Sequence record: SRR22947727_2846
Direction: 5' to 3' (one strand)
Length of the DNA: 64,000 nucleotides
Position numbers and translations under genes: made by a program. Shown one piece after another: positions 19,522 through 29,653 of the stretch. Numbering within the stretch: the first letter of the stretch is position 1; each line of letters starts with the position of its first letter. Below the pieces are notes generated by a model. The model saw only the letters and a program-made list of their open reading frames with translations, was not told the origin of the DNA and ran no database searches.

Positions 19522-22425
19522 ATGTCGCGGACTCCGTCACCCCTGTCATCGCTAGCGAAAGCTGGCTTTGCGAGGTTGGACGAAGCCAGAGTCCGTCTCG
19601 ACGCCCATGACTTCTCCGCAGAGGACTTTTCTGGAGCAGCCGACCCTGATCTTTCGCTCAAGACTGTCGCCGACTTAGCAGAGAAGGAACCCAGCCGGTT
19701 TCGAAAACTATGGTCCGATGGTGACCACCGAGAGTCCTTAGTCCTGCTCGCCGGGTCAAGCTCAGGACTGGGCGATTTTCTCAAGCGCCACCCCGACCAG
19801 TGGGACTTGCTCCACCAGCCGCTGCGCGCGCTCCCCAGTGACAGCGAGTACCTCGCGATTTTCAGGAAAGCGATCGCTGGGCTGGCAACGGAGAGCGCTG
19901 CCATGGCGCTGCGGGTCGCCTATCGTCGACAACTCTGTCGGCTCGCACTGTGGGACACCCGGCAGAGCTCACCGGTCTCCATTGTCGATCAGGTGGCCAG
20001 GGCGCTCGCGGATATGGCCTCAGCCGCACTCGACGCTGCGCTGGATATCGCCCGCGAACACCACAATCTGAGCGCCAAGGATGTGCCACTGGCCATCATC
20101 GGCATGGGTAAGGCCGGAGCAGCGGAGCTCAACTACCTGAGTGATGTCGACGTTATCTATGTCACCGATGTGCCAGAGGGCGGTGATGCGAGCTTTGTTG
20201 TCAAGAGCGCTGAGACCCTCGCTCGCGACACCGCCCGGTATCTCATGGAGTTCGGGGTGGAGCCCGGGCTGTGGGAAGTTGATCCCAACCTGCGTCCTGA
20301 AGGAAAAGATGGCGCGCTGGTGCGCACCCTGGAGTCACACGTGGCGTACTACGAGCGTTGGGCCCACGATTGGGAGTTTCAGGCGCTGATTAAGGCCCGA
20401 CCACTCGCCGGAGACCGTGCACTCGGTGCTGCCTATCGGGAAGCACTGGAGCCCCTCATCTGGCAAGCCTCGAGCCGGCCAGGCTTTGTCGAGCAAGTGC
20501 AGCGTATGCGTGAGCGCGTGACGGACAACATTCCTGCTGATCAAGTGGATTACCAAATCAAGCTGGGTCCTGGTGGACTTCGCGACATTGAGTTCACCAT
20601 TCAACTGCTCCAGCTGGTCCACGGTGCACACGACGAGACCGTGCGAAAACTGGATACCTTGGGAGCGCTCAGGGCTCTCAGCGAGGCGGGCTATGTCGGG
20701 CGCGCTGAGGCGGCTGAATTCGATCACGCCTATCGAACGCTTCGAGTACTCGAGCACCGAATTCAGCTAGGAGCATTAAAGCGTAGTCATGTGATGCCAC
20801 AGGGCGAAGAAGCGCTGCGCGTGCTCGCCCGGCACACGAGACTTGCCGACACAGCAGAAAGTCTCGTCGAGCACTGGCGAGGTATTCAGCGTTCCGTCCG
20901 CAGTCTGCATGAGCGCCTGTTCTACCGGCCGCTGCTTTCTGCCGTCGCCGGTCTCGAGGACCCGGGGGTCGAGCTCACCAGTGAGCAGGCGGCATTGCGT
21001 CTCCAAGCCTCAGGGTTTAGAAACCCTGAGGGTGCGCTCCACCACATTGGAGCCCTCACCCAGGGTGTTTCTCGACGCGCCGCCATCCACAAGACATTAT
21101 TTCCGGTCCTCCTCAAGTGGCTCGCAGAAGGAACTGACCCCGATGGTGGACTGCTCGCGTTCCGCCAACTCAGCGATGACTTGGGGGAGTCCCATTGGTT
21201 CCTTCGGATGCTGCGCGATTCATCCGGTGCTGCCGGGCGATTGATGACGGTGCTCGGCACCAGCGCGTTTGTGGCAAAACTCTTTGGTCGCGTCCCCGAG
21301 GGAGCAGCGTGGCTGGATAACGATGACGACCTTGTGCCGAGGGAGCTAGCGTCCCTGCGTGATGAGGTCCAGGCGACCCTCGAGCGCCACCAGGACAGTG
21401 AGGACTCGGCGAGAAAAGCCCTTCGAGGTTTCCGGCGCAGGGAACTGCTGCGGATTGCGCTCTCCAGCATGGTCGGGGTGAGCGACATCACGCAGGTCGG
21501 GAATGCACTGACGACCCTCTCCAGGGTTTTTCTCGAGGGAATTGTGGCTTTGGCCCGAACCCCCGATGACGGTATCGAGTTCGCCGTTATCGCGATGGGC
21601 CGACTTGGTGGCGCAGAGTTGAGTTTTGGATCAGATCTGGACGTTGTTTATGTGTTCAGGGATGCCGGGGCCGCAGAGCGGGCCCACAGTGTCGCGGAGC
21701 GCATCGTCAAGGACATCACCCGATTGAGCGAGGACGTCCTCTTCCCGGTTGATCTCGATGCTGGTCTTCGCCCTGAAGGCAAAAATGGCCCGATTGTGCG
21801 CAGCTTGGACGCCTATGCGGCCTATTACGAGCGGTGGGCACTCGGCTGGGAGGCGCAAGCATTACTGCGAGCAGCAAGTTACGTCGGAGACGAGGCGTTG
21901 ACCACTGATTTTCTCGACATGGCGGCGATGTATCGCTACCCAAAGCTGTTCCGCGAGGATGAAGCCCGGGAGATTCGGCGCATCAAGGCCCGTGTCGAGG
22001 CGGAGCGGCTTCCTCAAGGAGCGGATGCGTCCCGCCATCTGAAGCTCGGTCGCGGGTCTCTCAGTGACGTCGAGTGGGCCGTGCAACTGCTGCAGTTGCA
22101 GCACGGGCACGACTACCCCGATATTCGATCAGCCTCAACTCTGGAAGCTTTGGAACGAATCGACGACAACGGCCTCCTCGACCGACACGATGTCGAGCTT
22201 CTTCGGGAAGCATGGCTCTTGGCATCCCGCATTAGGACAGCGCTAGCTCTCTTTGGAGAGTCCTCGACAGATGTGCTGCCTAGTGACCGTGTGGGGTTGG
22301 AGGGTGCCGCCCGCCTCATGGGATACCCTCCACGAAGCGCGAGTGTGCTGGAGGAGACTTACCTCCGAGTCACCAGGCGCTCACGCGTGGTGTTTGAGCG
22401 CGTCTTCTACGTGCACGAGGCTTAA
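19522..22425 (+). CDS. glnE: bifunctional glutamine synthetase adenylyltransferase/adenylyl-removing enzyme
   Basis: two nucleotidyltransferase motifs (ELNYLSDVD, ELSFGSDLD); two LRPEGK motifs; KLGPGGLRDIEF. Confidence 0.96.
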   Translation: MSRTPSPLSSLAKAGFARLDEARVRLDAHDFSAEDFSGAADPDLSLKTVADLAEKEPSRFRKLWSDGDHRESLVLLAGSSSGLGDFLKRHPDQWDLLHQPLRALPSDSEYLAIFRKAIAGLATESAAMALRVAYRRQLCRLALWDTRQSSPVSIVDQVARALADMASAALDAALDIAREHHNLSAKDVPLAIIGMGKAGAAELNYLSDVDVIYVTDVPEGGDASFVVKSAETLARDTARYLMEFGVEPGLWEVDPNLRPEGKDGALVRTLESHVAYYERWAHDWEFQALIKARPLAGDRALGAAYREALEPLIWQASSRPGFVEQVQRMRERVTDNIPADQVDYQIKLGPGGLRDIEFTIQLLQLVHGAHDETVRKLDTLGALRALSEAGYVGRAEAAEFDHAYRTLRVLEHRIQLGALKRSHVMPQGEEALRVLARHTRLADTAESLVEHWRGIQRSVRSLHERLFYRPLLSAVAGLEDPGVELTSEQAALRLQASGFRNPEGALHHIGALTQGVSRRAAIHKTLFPVLLKWLAEGTDPDGGLLAFRQLSDDLGESHWFLRMLRDSSGAAGRLMTVLGTSAFVAKLFGRVPEGAAWLDNDDDLVPRELASLRDEVQATLERHQDSEDSARKALRGFRRRELLRIALSSMVGVSDITQVGNALTTLSRVFLEGIVALARTPDDGIEFAVIAMGRLGGAELSFGSDLDVVYVFRDAGAAERAHSVAERIVKDITRLSEDVLFPVDLDAGLRPEGKNGPIVRSLDAYAAYYERWALGWEAQALLRAASYVGDEALTTDFLDMAAMYRYPKLFREDEAREIRRIKARVEAERLPQGADASRHLKLGRGSLSDVEWAVQLLQLQHGHDYPDIRSASTLEALERIDDNGLLDRHDVELLREAWLLASRIRTALALFGESSTDVLPSDRVGLEGAARLMGYPPRSASVLEETYLRVTRRSRVVFERVFYVHEA

Positions 22426-22429
22426 CGGC

Positions 22430-22463
22430 CTGGTGGGCCCCATCCCACGATAGGGCCCACCAG
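22430..22463 (-). terminator. hairpin terminator between convergent glnE and glnA1
   Basis: CTGGTGGGCCC...GGGCCCACCAG inverted repeat; stem extends via a G-U pair on the minus strand. Confidence 0.75.
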
Positions 22464-22478
22464 AGTCTGTCTCTCGAA

Positions 22479-23903
22479 TTAGACGCCGTAGTACAGCTCG
22501 AACTCGAAGGGGTGAGGACGCTGCGCCATGGGCAGAATCTCGTTCTCACGCTTGAAATCAATCCAGGTTTCGATGAGGTCCTCCGTGAAGACACCACCGG
22601 CGAGCAGGAACTCGTGGTCGTTCTCCAAGGCAACGAGGGCTTCCTCGAGCGAACCGGGAACCTGAGGAATGGACTTAGCTTCCTCAGCGGGCAACTCGTA
22701 GAGGTCCTTGTCAACAGGCTCGTGAGGCTCGATCTTGTTCAGGATTCCATCCAGACCAGCCATCATCTGCGCGGCAAACGCGAGGTAAGGGTTGCTGGCG
22801 GCGTCAGGAGCGCGGAACTCGATGCGCTTAGCCTTCGGGTTGGTTCCGGTGATCGGGATACGAATGGCTGCCGAGCGGTTACCGGCCGAGTAGACCAGGT
22901 TCACGGGAGCTTCGAAGCCCTTGACCAGACGGTGGTAGCTGTTCAGGCTGGGGTTGGTGAACGCGAGAAGCGCTGGTGCGTGCTTCAGGATTCCACCGAT
23001 GTACCAGCGAGCGATGTCGGAGAGGCCGCCATAGCCCTTCTCGTCATAGAACAGTGGCTTGCCATCGTTCCAGAGCGACTGGTGGGTGTGCATACCGGAC
23101 CCGTTGTCTCCGAAGAGGGGCTTGGGCATAAAGGTAGCCGTCTTGCCCCACTGCAGTGCAGTGTTCTTGACGATGTACTTGAACTTCAGGATGTCATCCG
23201 CTGCGTTCACCATGGTGTTGAAGCGGTAGTTGATCTCTGCCTGGCCACCGGTTCCCACCTCGTGGTGTGAACGCTCCACAATGAGACCGGCTTCCTCGAG
23301 CTTCAGACAGATGTCATCGCGCAGGTCAGCAAAGTGGTCCACGGGGGAGACGGGGAAGTAGCCACCCTTGTAGGGGGTCTTGTTGGCGAGGTTTCCGCCC
23401 TCTTCCATGCGACCGCTGTTCCACGCGCCCTCGATGGAGTCCACTTCGTAGAAGCTGCGGTTCTGGCGCACGTCGTAACGTACGTCATCGAAGATGTAGA
23501 ACTCGGCCTCCGGGGCGAAGAACGCGGTGTCGGCGATGCCGGTGGAGGCGAGGTACTTCTCGGCCTTGTGTGCCACCTGACGGGGGTCGCGGCTGTAGAT
23601 CTCACCGTTACGGGGGTTGTAGATGTCGAAGACCATGATGAGGGTCAGCTCGTCGCGGAATGCATCCACATACGCGGTGGTGACATCGGGAATCAGCTGA
23701 AGATCGGACTCGTGAATCTGCTGGAATCCGCGGATGGAGGAACCATCGAACAGCTGGCCGACGGTGAAGAATTCTTCGTCAACCGAGTGGGCGGGAATGT
23801 TGAAGTGCTGCTGCACTCCAGGCAGATCGGTGAATCGGATGTCAAGGAATTTGACGTCCTTTTCTTTGATGTACTTCAGTACTTCCGAAGAGTTCTTAAA
23901 CAT
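22479..23903 (-). CDS. glnA: glutamine synthetase type I (GlnA1, adenylylatable)
   Basis: [36 protein letters not shown] and NRSAAIRIP motifs; DKDLYEL adenylylation Tyr. Confidence 0.98.
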   Translation of the reverse strand: MFKNSSEVLKYIKEKDVKFLDIRFTDLPGVQQHFNIPAHSVDEEFFTVGQLFDGSSIRGFQQIHESDLQLIPDVTTAYVDAFRDELTLIMVFDIYNPRNGEIYSRDPRQVAHKAEKYLASTGIADTAFFAPEAEFYIFDDVRYDVRQNRSFYEVDSIEGAWNSGRMEEGGNLANKTPYKGGYFPVSPVDHFADLRDDICLKLEEAGLIVERSHHEVGTGGQAEINYRFNTMVNAADDILKFKYIVKNTALQWGKTATFMPKPLFGDNGSGMHTHQSLWNDGKPLFYDEKGYGGLSDIARWYIGGILKHAPALLAFTNPSLNSYHRLVKGFEAPVNLVYSAGNRSAAIRIPITGTNPKAKRIEFRAPDAASNPYLAFAAQMMAGLDGILNKIEPHEPVDKDLYELPAEEAKSIPQVPGSLEEALVALENDHEFLLAGGVFTEDLIETWIDFKRENEILPMAQRPHPFEFELYYGV

Positions 23904-23975
23904 GCAGTCACTCCTGTATTTCGTGGGATTGAGTGTGGTTGGGGTTCCAACCTGCCTTGAGAGTAACCCTGTGCA

Positions 23976-24013
23976 ATTTCTCGGTCATATCCGGATTGTT
24001 TCCTCTGTGTTAC
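23976..24013 (-). promoter_or_regulatory. tandem GlnR-box-like site upstream of glnA1
   Basis: minus strand reads GTAAC-n6-GAAAC-n6-GATAT-n6-GAAAT, matching the gTnAc-n6-GaAAc repeat consensus. Confidence 0.75.
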
Positions 24014-24040
24014 ATCAGCCTGGCAACCTACACTGGAGGG

Positions 24041-24433
24041 GTGGTGGACGAGGAGTATTGGCCGGGTAAGAAGTTTGGTCTTCCTCAGGATGGACCGAGG
24101 TCGACACCGACATATCTTCGTCGGGTCGCTGGGTTAGCTGTCGACTGGGCCATCGCTGTCGGAATTTCGGTGCTGTTCTTTGACTACAACGGTCTCTGGA
24201 CGCTGGCCATCTTCGTTGTCCTGCAGATGCTGGGGGGACTAATACTGGCCGGGTCTCCCGGTCATCTGGTCGCCGGGATGCGTATTGCGACCATCACAGG
24301 CGGCGCGCTCGGCGTTCTGCCACCCCTGATCCGGCCGTTACTCATCGCGCTCGTGATTCCCGCAGTCATGGTCGACGAGGATCAACGAGGAGCCCATGAC
24401 CGTCTGGTTGGAACGATTCTCGTTCGTCGTTAG
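24041..24433 (+). CDS. RDD family membrane protein
   Basis: YWPGKKFGLPQDGP, RRVAGLAVD and DQRGAHDR motifs; conserved position divergent from glnA1. Confidence 0.88.
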   Translation: MVDEEYWPGKKFGLPQDGPRSTPTYLRRVAGLAVDWAIAVGISVLFFDYNGLWTLAIFVVLQMLGGLILAGSPGHLVAGMRIATITGGALGVLPPLIRPLLIALVIPAVMVDEDQRGAHDRLVGTILVRR

Positions 24434-25134
24434 CGGGGTTTTGGAGCCCGAACCTTAGTCGGGTCGATGCCCTTGGGGACTGGTATGTTCGGCCCGCTCT
24501 TGAGGGAGTTCAGTCGGTGAGAGACCGCCAGGACTTCAGCTTTCCGCAACGAGTTCTTGAATGATTTGAGGGTCTTGTTGAGCTTGTGGAGTGGTGTCGA
24601 ATCGGCATCCGGTCCGACATACACAAAGTGCACCGGGATCTCGGGGACAGCTCGGAGGACAGCGCGGCGCTCATCCTCGAGCATCTTCTTGGTCTTCGTC
24701 TTGGAGCCTTCAGCAATCAACACGACCCCTGGCTTGCCCACTGCACGATAGACGGCATCCTGAGTTCTCGGGTTCACGGCAACAGGAAACTCACTTGCCT
24801 GCCATGCCCGGCGCAAAGCGCTACGCAAGACAGCGCCGACGGCGCCGGGTTGGCCGGAAATCTGCTGATACGCGGTGCGCTCAGCTCGTTGTCCGAGTAC
24901 CACGAGAGTCAGGAGAATCGCGAGCAGGATTCCCGTCGTGATGTAGAGAATCAGGGTGAGGATGCTACCCCCGGAAATGAGAATGGCGGCACCCACTCCG
25001 GCCACGATGGGCACAATGAACGTCAGCAAAAGGATGGGGACGAGAAGCTTGTCAGACTCCTTGGTGAGGTTGAAGATCTGCCAGAGCTGCTTGATCCGGC
25101 CAGGCTCTTTTGCCGATGAATCCTTTTTCGCCAT
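24430..25134 (-). CDS. DUF4191 family membrane protein
   Basis: two N-terminal TM segments; GQPGAVGAVL, GKPGVVLIAEG and PKGIDP motifs. Confidence 0.88.
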   Translation of the reverse strand: MAKKDSSAKEPGRIKQLWQIFNLTKESDKLLVPILLLTFIVPIVAGVGAAILISGGSILTLILYITTGILLAILLTLVVLGQRAERTAYQQISGQPGAVGAVLRSALRRAWQASEFPVAVNPRTQDAVYRAVGKPGVVLIAEGSKTKTKKMLEDERRAVLRAVPEIPVHFVYVGPDADSTPLHKLNKTLKSFKNSLRKAEVLAVSHRLNSLKSGPNIPVPKGIDPTKVRAPKPR

Positions 25135-25163
25135 GATGTCTACTCTCCTGGTGCCGGGGTGCT

Positions 25164-26591
25164 CTAGATGCCCAAGTCGGCGTCAAAGTCGCCGGCCTCG
25201 AGTCGATTCTTGACCATAGTCAAGAATCGCGCGGCATCGGCACCATCCACGATCCGGTGGTCATAGGACAAGGCAAAGAACACAGTCTGACGAATGGCGA
25301 TGGAATCGTCACCGTTGTGGGTCACCACGACCGGCTTCTTCTGCACAATTCCCGTGCCAAGAATCGCGACCTGAGGCAGGAACACCACCGGGGTGTCAAA
25401 GAGTGCACCTCTCGACCCGGTGTTGGTGACGGTGAACGTTCCACCGGCCAACTCGTCAGGGCTCAACGCGTTGGTGCGGGTGCGCTCGGCCAGGTCTGCG
25501 ATATCTTTCGCGATCCCCGCAATGGTCTTCTCTCCGGCGTTCTTCAACACGGGGGTGAGTAGACCACGCTCGGTGTCGACAGCGATAGAAATGTTCTCGG
25601 TCGCCGGGTAAACGATGGTCTCTCCCTCAACAACCGCGTTGATGATGGGGAACACGCGAAGGGCTTCCGCTGCGGCCTTCACGAAGAAGGGGAGGAAGCT
25701 GAGCTTCACACCGGTGACCTGGTGGAACTGGTCCTTGGCCGCCTGACGAAGCTCCGCGACCTCGGTGACATCAACCTCGACAACAGAGGTGAGCTGGGCG
25801 GTCTGCTGCATGGAGGCAACAGCACGCTCAGCGATGACCTTACGCAAGCGACTCATGGGCACTGAGGTGCCACGAAGAGCTGACGCCTCGACGACTGTCG
25901 GAGCAGCCGCCGGTGTAGGAGCAGCACTTCCGCCTGCCTTGGCAAGGACGTCCTCTTTGCGGATCCGTCCTCCGACACCGGTACCGGTAACGCTGGCCAA
26001 GTCGACACCGTGGTCGTTTGCGAGCTTGCGGACAATAGGCGTGACGTAGGGCATCGAACGGGAGCCCGTGGGAACCGGCTGTGGCAAACCTGCAGGAGCA
26101 ACCGGGGCAGCGGTAGGTGCTGGTGCAGGAGGAGCGACAGCAGGAGGAGCTGCAACCGGAGCTGGAGGGGCGACAGGCGCCGCCGCCGGTGCGGGGGGTG
26201 CTGCCACGGGTGGCGCTACGGGGGGAGCTACTGGAGCTGCGGGCGCTTCTGCAACGGGAGCCGCGACAGGCTCAGGCGCTGCTACGGGCTCTGGCGCGGG
26301 CTCAGCGGCCGGTGCGGCGGCTTCAGGGGCGACAGACGGGGCCGCGGCGCCACTACCATCACCGACGCGGACCAACACGGCACCGACCTCAACGGTCTCG
26401 TCCTCCGCTACAAGAATTTCTTCGATCACGCCGGCAATGGGAGAGGGAATCTCCGTGTCAACCTTGTCGGTCGAAATCTCCACTAACGGCTCATCGACGG
26501 CGACAGCGTCGCCAACGTTCTTCAGCCAGCGGGTCACAGTGCCTTCGGTGACACTTTCGCCAAGGGCGGGGAGGGTTACATCTTGACTCAT
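25164..26591 (-). CDS. sucB: 2-oxoacid dehydrogenase E2 dihydrolipoamide acyltransferase (SucB/DlaT) with a single lipoyl domain
   Basis: STDKVDTE lipoyl Lys; Ala/Pro linker; YVTPIVRKLA E3-binding domain; YDHRIVDG catalytic motif. Confidence 0.93.
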   Translation of the reverse strand: MSQDVTLPALGESVTEGTVTRWLKNVGDAVAVDEPLVEISTDKVDTEIPSPIAGVIEEILVAEDETVEVGAVLVRVGDGSGAAAPSVAPEAAAPAAEPAPEPVAAPEPVAAPVAEAPAAPVAPPVAPPVAAPPAPAAAPVAPPAPVAAPPAVAPPAPAPTAAPVAPAGLPQPVPTGSRSMPYVTPIVRKLANDHGVDLASVTGTGVGGRIRKEDVLAKAGGSAAPTPAAAPTVVEASALRGTSVPMSRLRKVIAERAVASMQQTAQLTSVVEVDVTEVAELRQAAKDQFHQVTGVKLSFLPFFVKAAAEALRVFPIINAVVEGETIVYPATENISIAVDTERGLLTPVLKNAGEKTIAGIAKDIADLAERTRTNALSPDELAGGTFTVTNTGSRGALFDTPVVFLPQVAILGTGIVQKKPVVVTHNGDDSIAIRQTVFFALSYDHRIVDGADAARFLTMVKNRLEAGDFDADLGI

Positions 26592-26627
26592 GGTGGTGGG
26601 TCTCCTTGTGAGAGGGGGTAAGGGTGA

Positions 26628-28001
26628 CTACATCGCGTGCAGGGGTTTGCCTGCGATGGCCATAAACGCTTCTCCGAGCGCTTCGTTTTGGGTGGGGTGG
26701 GCGTGGAGCAACGGTGCAACATCTTCGGGGTAGGCGTCCCAGTTGACAGCCACTTGGGCTTCACCGATGAGCTCACCCACGCGAGCGCCAATCATGTGCA
26801 CTCCAAGAATTGGTCCATCGACCTGGCGGATGACCTTGATGGATCCTGCGGTTTCCAGAATGTGGCTCTTGCCATTACCCGCAAGGTTGTAGTCATAGAC
26901 CGCGACTGCTGCGTCACCAAACTCTTCCTTGGCAGCTTTCTCGGAGTAACCGACAGAGGCGACCTCAGGCTCTGAGTAGGTGACCTTCGGAATGTTGCGA
27001 TCCACCACGACCATGGGGTTCAATCCAGCGAGTTCCTCGGCGACAAAAATACCGTGCTGGAAACCGCGGTGAGCCAGTTGGATGCCCGGCACGATGTCAC
27101 CGACAGCGAACACACCGGGAACGTTGGTGCGCAGGCGCTCGTCGGTGAGGACGTAGCCACGATCCATCGCAACACCGACCTCTTCGAAGCCCATACCGTC
27201 AGTCTTCGGACCGCGTCCGACCGCGACCAACAAAAGGTCAGCAGTCTCAGTGGTGCCATCTTCGAGGGTCACGGTCACACTGGCGTCATCCTGAGTGGCG
27301 GACTGGAAGCGCACTCCGGTGTGGAAGTTGATTCCGCGCTTGCGGTAGGCGCGCTCAAACTGCTTCGAGATTGACTCGTCTTCCGCGGGCACAAGATGGG
27401 GGAGACCCTCAATGATGGTGACCTCGCTCCCAAACGAGCGCCAGACGCTGGCGAACTCGACACCAATAACGCCGCCGCCGAGAACGAGCACCTTGTTGGG
27501 GATCCAGTCCAATTGCAACGCCTGCTCAGAGGTGATGATGCGACCACCAATGTCGAGACCAGGCAAAGACTTCGGGTAGGAGCCTGTCGCGAGAATCACG
27601 TTCTTACCGACCACGGTGTCCTCACCAACGGCAACAGTCGTGGGGGATACCAGCCGACCCGTTCCCTCGATAGTGGTGATGCCTCGAGCCTTGATGAGGC
27701 CCTGGAGTCCCTTGTGCTTGGAGGCCACAATGCCGTCACGGTAGGTGTTGACGGCAGGAAGGTCGACGCCCTCCAAAGTGGCGCGAACGCCAAACATGTC
27801 CGAGTGACGCGCAGAATCTGCCACCTCGGCAGCATGAAGAAGTGCTTTGGTGGGGATACAGCCCACGTGAAGGCAGGTACCGCCGACTTTGTCCTTCTCG
27901 ATGAGACCCACAGTCATGCCGAGTTGGCTAGCGCGCAACGCGGCGGCGTAACCTCCCGATCCTGCTCCAAGAACGACAAGGTCAAAAGTGTGCTCAGCCA
28001 C
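26628..28001 (-). CDS. lpdA: dihydrolipoamide dehydrogenase
   Basis: GAGSGG, GGTCLHVGCIPTK redox disulfide, GGGVIGVE and HAHPTQNE motifs. Confidence 0.97.
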   Translation of the reverse strand: MAEHTFDLVVLGAGSGGYAAALRASQLGMTVGLIEKDKVGGTCLHVGCIPTKALLHAAEVADSARHSDMFGVRATLEGVDLPAVNTYRDGIVASKHKGLQGLIKARGITTIEGTGRLVSPTTVAVGEDTVVGKNVILATGSYPKSLPGLDIGGRIITSEQALQLDWIPNKVLVLGGGVIGVEFASVWRSFGSEVTIIEGLPHLVPAEDESISKQFERAYRKRGINFHTGVRFQSATQDDASVTVTLEDGTTETADLLLVAVGRGPKTDGMGFEEVGVAMDRGYVLTDERLRTNVPGVFAVGDIVPGIQLAHRGFQHGIFVAEELAGLNPMVVVDRNIPKVTYSEPEVASVGYSEKAAKEEFGDAAVAVYDYNLAGNGKSHILETAGSIKVIRQVDGPILGVHMIGARVGELIGEAQVAVNWDAYPEDVAPLLHAHPTQNEALGEAFMAIAGKPLHAM

Positions 28002-28120
28002 GTGTGAGGGACTCCCTAATCAACGATTTTCGACAATAATCCGTCACGACCTCATACAGAGCCGGACGACAATCGCCCACCAGCCTACTACCTGATGACT
28101 ATGACCAAACAGGTGCGCTC

Positions 28121-29572
28121 TTAGGAGAGCACCACATCCAGAACTGTTCGAGTGAGAGCACCGGATGCTCCCTTGGGGGTGTACCCAAAAGCACCCGAGG
28201 AGTTGTGGGCTGGGCCTGCGATATCCAGGTGAGCCCACGGGATTCCCTCTCCCACAAACTCTTTCAAGAAGACGCCCGCCAGCAGCATCCCCCCGAGCAC
28301 CTCACCCGGTTTCGCATTCGCAATATCGGCAACATCCGAGGAGAGCAAGGAGCGAAGCTCGCGGGGCAGTGGCATACCCCACACACGCTCACCGACGCGA
28401 GCCGCTGAAGCCTCCACCTGAGCAACACCCTCGGGGGTGCCCATAAGCCCTGCATAGCGCTCGCCGAGCGCAATCCGCGCAGCACCCGTGAGAGTCGCGA
28501 TGTCAATAATGAGGTCCGGGCTCAGCTCAGAGGCGAGCGCGAGGCCATCCGCCATCACCAAACGACCCTCAGCGTCCGTGTTGAGGATCTCGACAGTCTT
28601 TCCACCCTTAATAGTGATGACGTCATTGGGCCTCGATGCACTGCCGCTCGGCATATTCTCCGCAAGACACAGGTACGCGGTGATGCTGGTGGTGGAGGAC
28701 AGGGCGCTTGCCGCCAAGGTGACGGCAGCCATGACCGCGGCGCCGGTCATGTCATATTTCATCCCGACCATGGCGTTCGGGGCTTTGAGAGAGAGGCCAC
28801 CAGAGTCAAAGGTGATTCCTTTACCCACCAGCGCGACATGGCGGCTCGGGGACGCAGGGCGGTAGCGCAGGATCATCAGACGAGGAGGATTCTGCGAACC
28901 CTTTCCGACGGCACTGATGCCCCCCATTCCTTCGGCGAGAAGCTTCTTCTCATCGAGAATCTCGATTTCGAGACCACTGCCACCGGCTAGAGACGTGATG
29001 TGGTCGACAAAGTTCACGGGATTCAACAGATTGGGAGGCATCGTGACCAGGTCTCGAACCCGCCAGACCGCCTCGGTAGAGACCATCGCTCGCGAGAGCG
29101 CGGCATCGTCACGGGATCCCAGGAACGCCAGGGTTGGCAGAGCTTCGTCGGCTGATTTACCGGGCTTCTGCACTCGGTGAGAGCCGAGGAGCGCACCCTC
29201 GACGACAGCTGCCAACGCGTCACCTGACTCGGCAAGAGCAAACACCACGCGCTCGCCCTTCGAAATCTGGAGAGCCGCATAGCCCGCCGATTCGCGAAGC
29301 CGATCCGCAGTGATCGCTTCGTCTCCCAAACCGGTGAACACGACGCTGCGGACATGAAGGCTCGCGGGTGGTCCTTGGCGCCACGCGCTATCGAGGGAGC
29401 CATCCGCGTCGATCGCGGCGGCGAGCAAGGTAAGCGCTTCTTGTGTGTCGCTGTCGAGGCCTGGCGCATGGACCACGGCACCGTTGTCGGTCTTCTGGAG
29501 TCCCACGACGAGAATGTCGCCGGAGTCCAAGGCGTTGGGGGAGTCAAGGAAGGAAGTAGTGGGCAGAGTCAT
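28121..29572 (-). CDS. pepA: leucyl aminopeptidase (M17)
   Basis: GKGITFDSGG, MKYDMTGAA, NTDAEGRL, ATLTGA and WAHLDIAG motifs. Confidence 0.96.
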   Translation of the reverse strand: MTLPTTSFLDSPNALDSGDILVVGLQKTDNGAVVHAPGLDSDTQEALTLLAAAIDADGSLDSAWRQGPPASLHVRSVVFTGLGDEAITADRLRESAGYAALQISKGERVVFALAESGDALAAVVEGALLGSHRVQKPGKSADEALPTLAFLGSRDDAALSRAMVSTEAVWRVRDLVTMPPNLLNPVNFVDHITSLAGGSGLEIEILDEKKLLAEGMGGISAVGKGSQNPPRLMILRYRPASPSRHVALVGKGITFDSGGLSLKAPNAMVGMKYDMTGAAVMAAVTLAASALSSTTSITAYLCLAENMPSGSASRPNDVITIKGGKTVEILNTDAEGRLVMADGLALASELSPDLIIDIATLTGAARIALGERYAGLMGTPEGVAQVEASAARVGERVWGMPLPRELRSLLSSDVADIANAKPGEVLGGMLLAGVFLKEFVGEGIPWAHLDIAGPAHNSSGAFGYTPKGASGALTRTVLDVVLS

Positions 29573-29653
29573 GACCTCATCGTATCGAGCGATTGGTTAT
29601 CGCCCTGGGCGAAGCCTCCCATTTCCTCACAGTGCGCTCGCTAGCATGGGCGT

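Noticed and set aside
18170-23903. Two glnA genes flanking glnE as a novel duplication
   Set aside because: glnA1-glnE-glnA2 is the standard actinobacterial arrangement.
26068-26586. Gly/Ala-rich ORF resembling a PE-PGRS or collagen-like protein
   Set aside because: Antisense image of the Ala/Pro linker of sucB.
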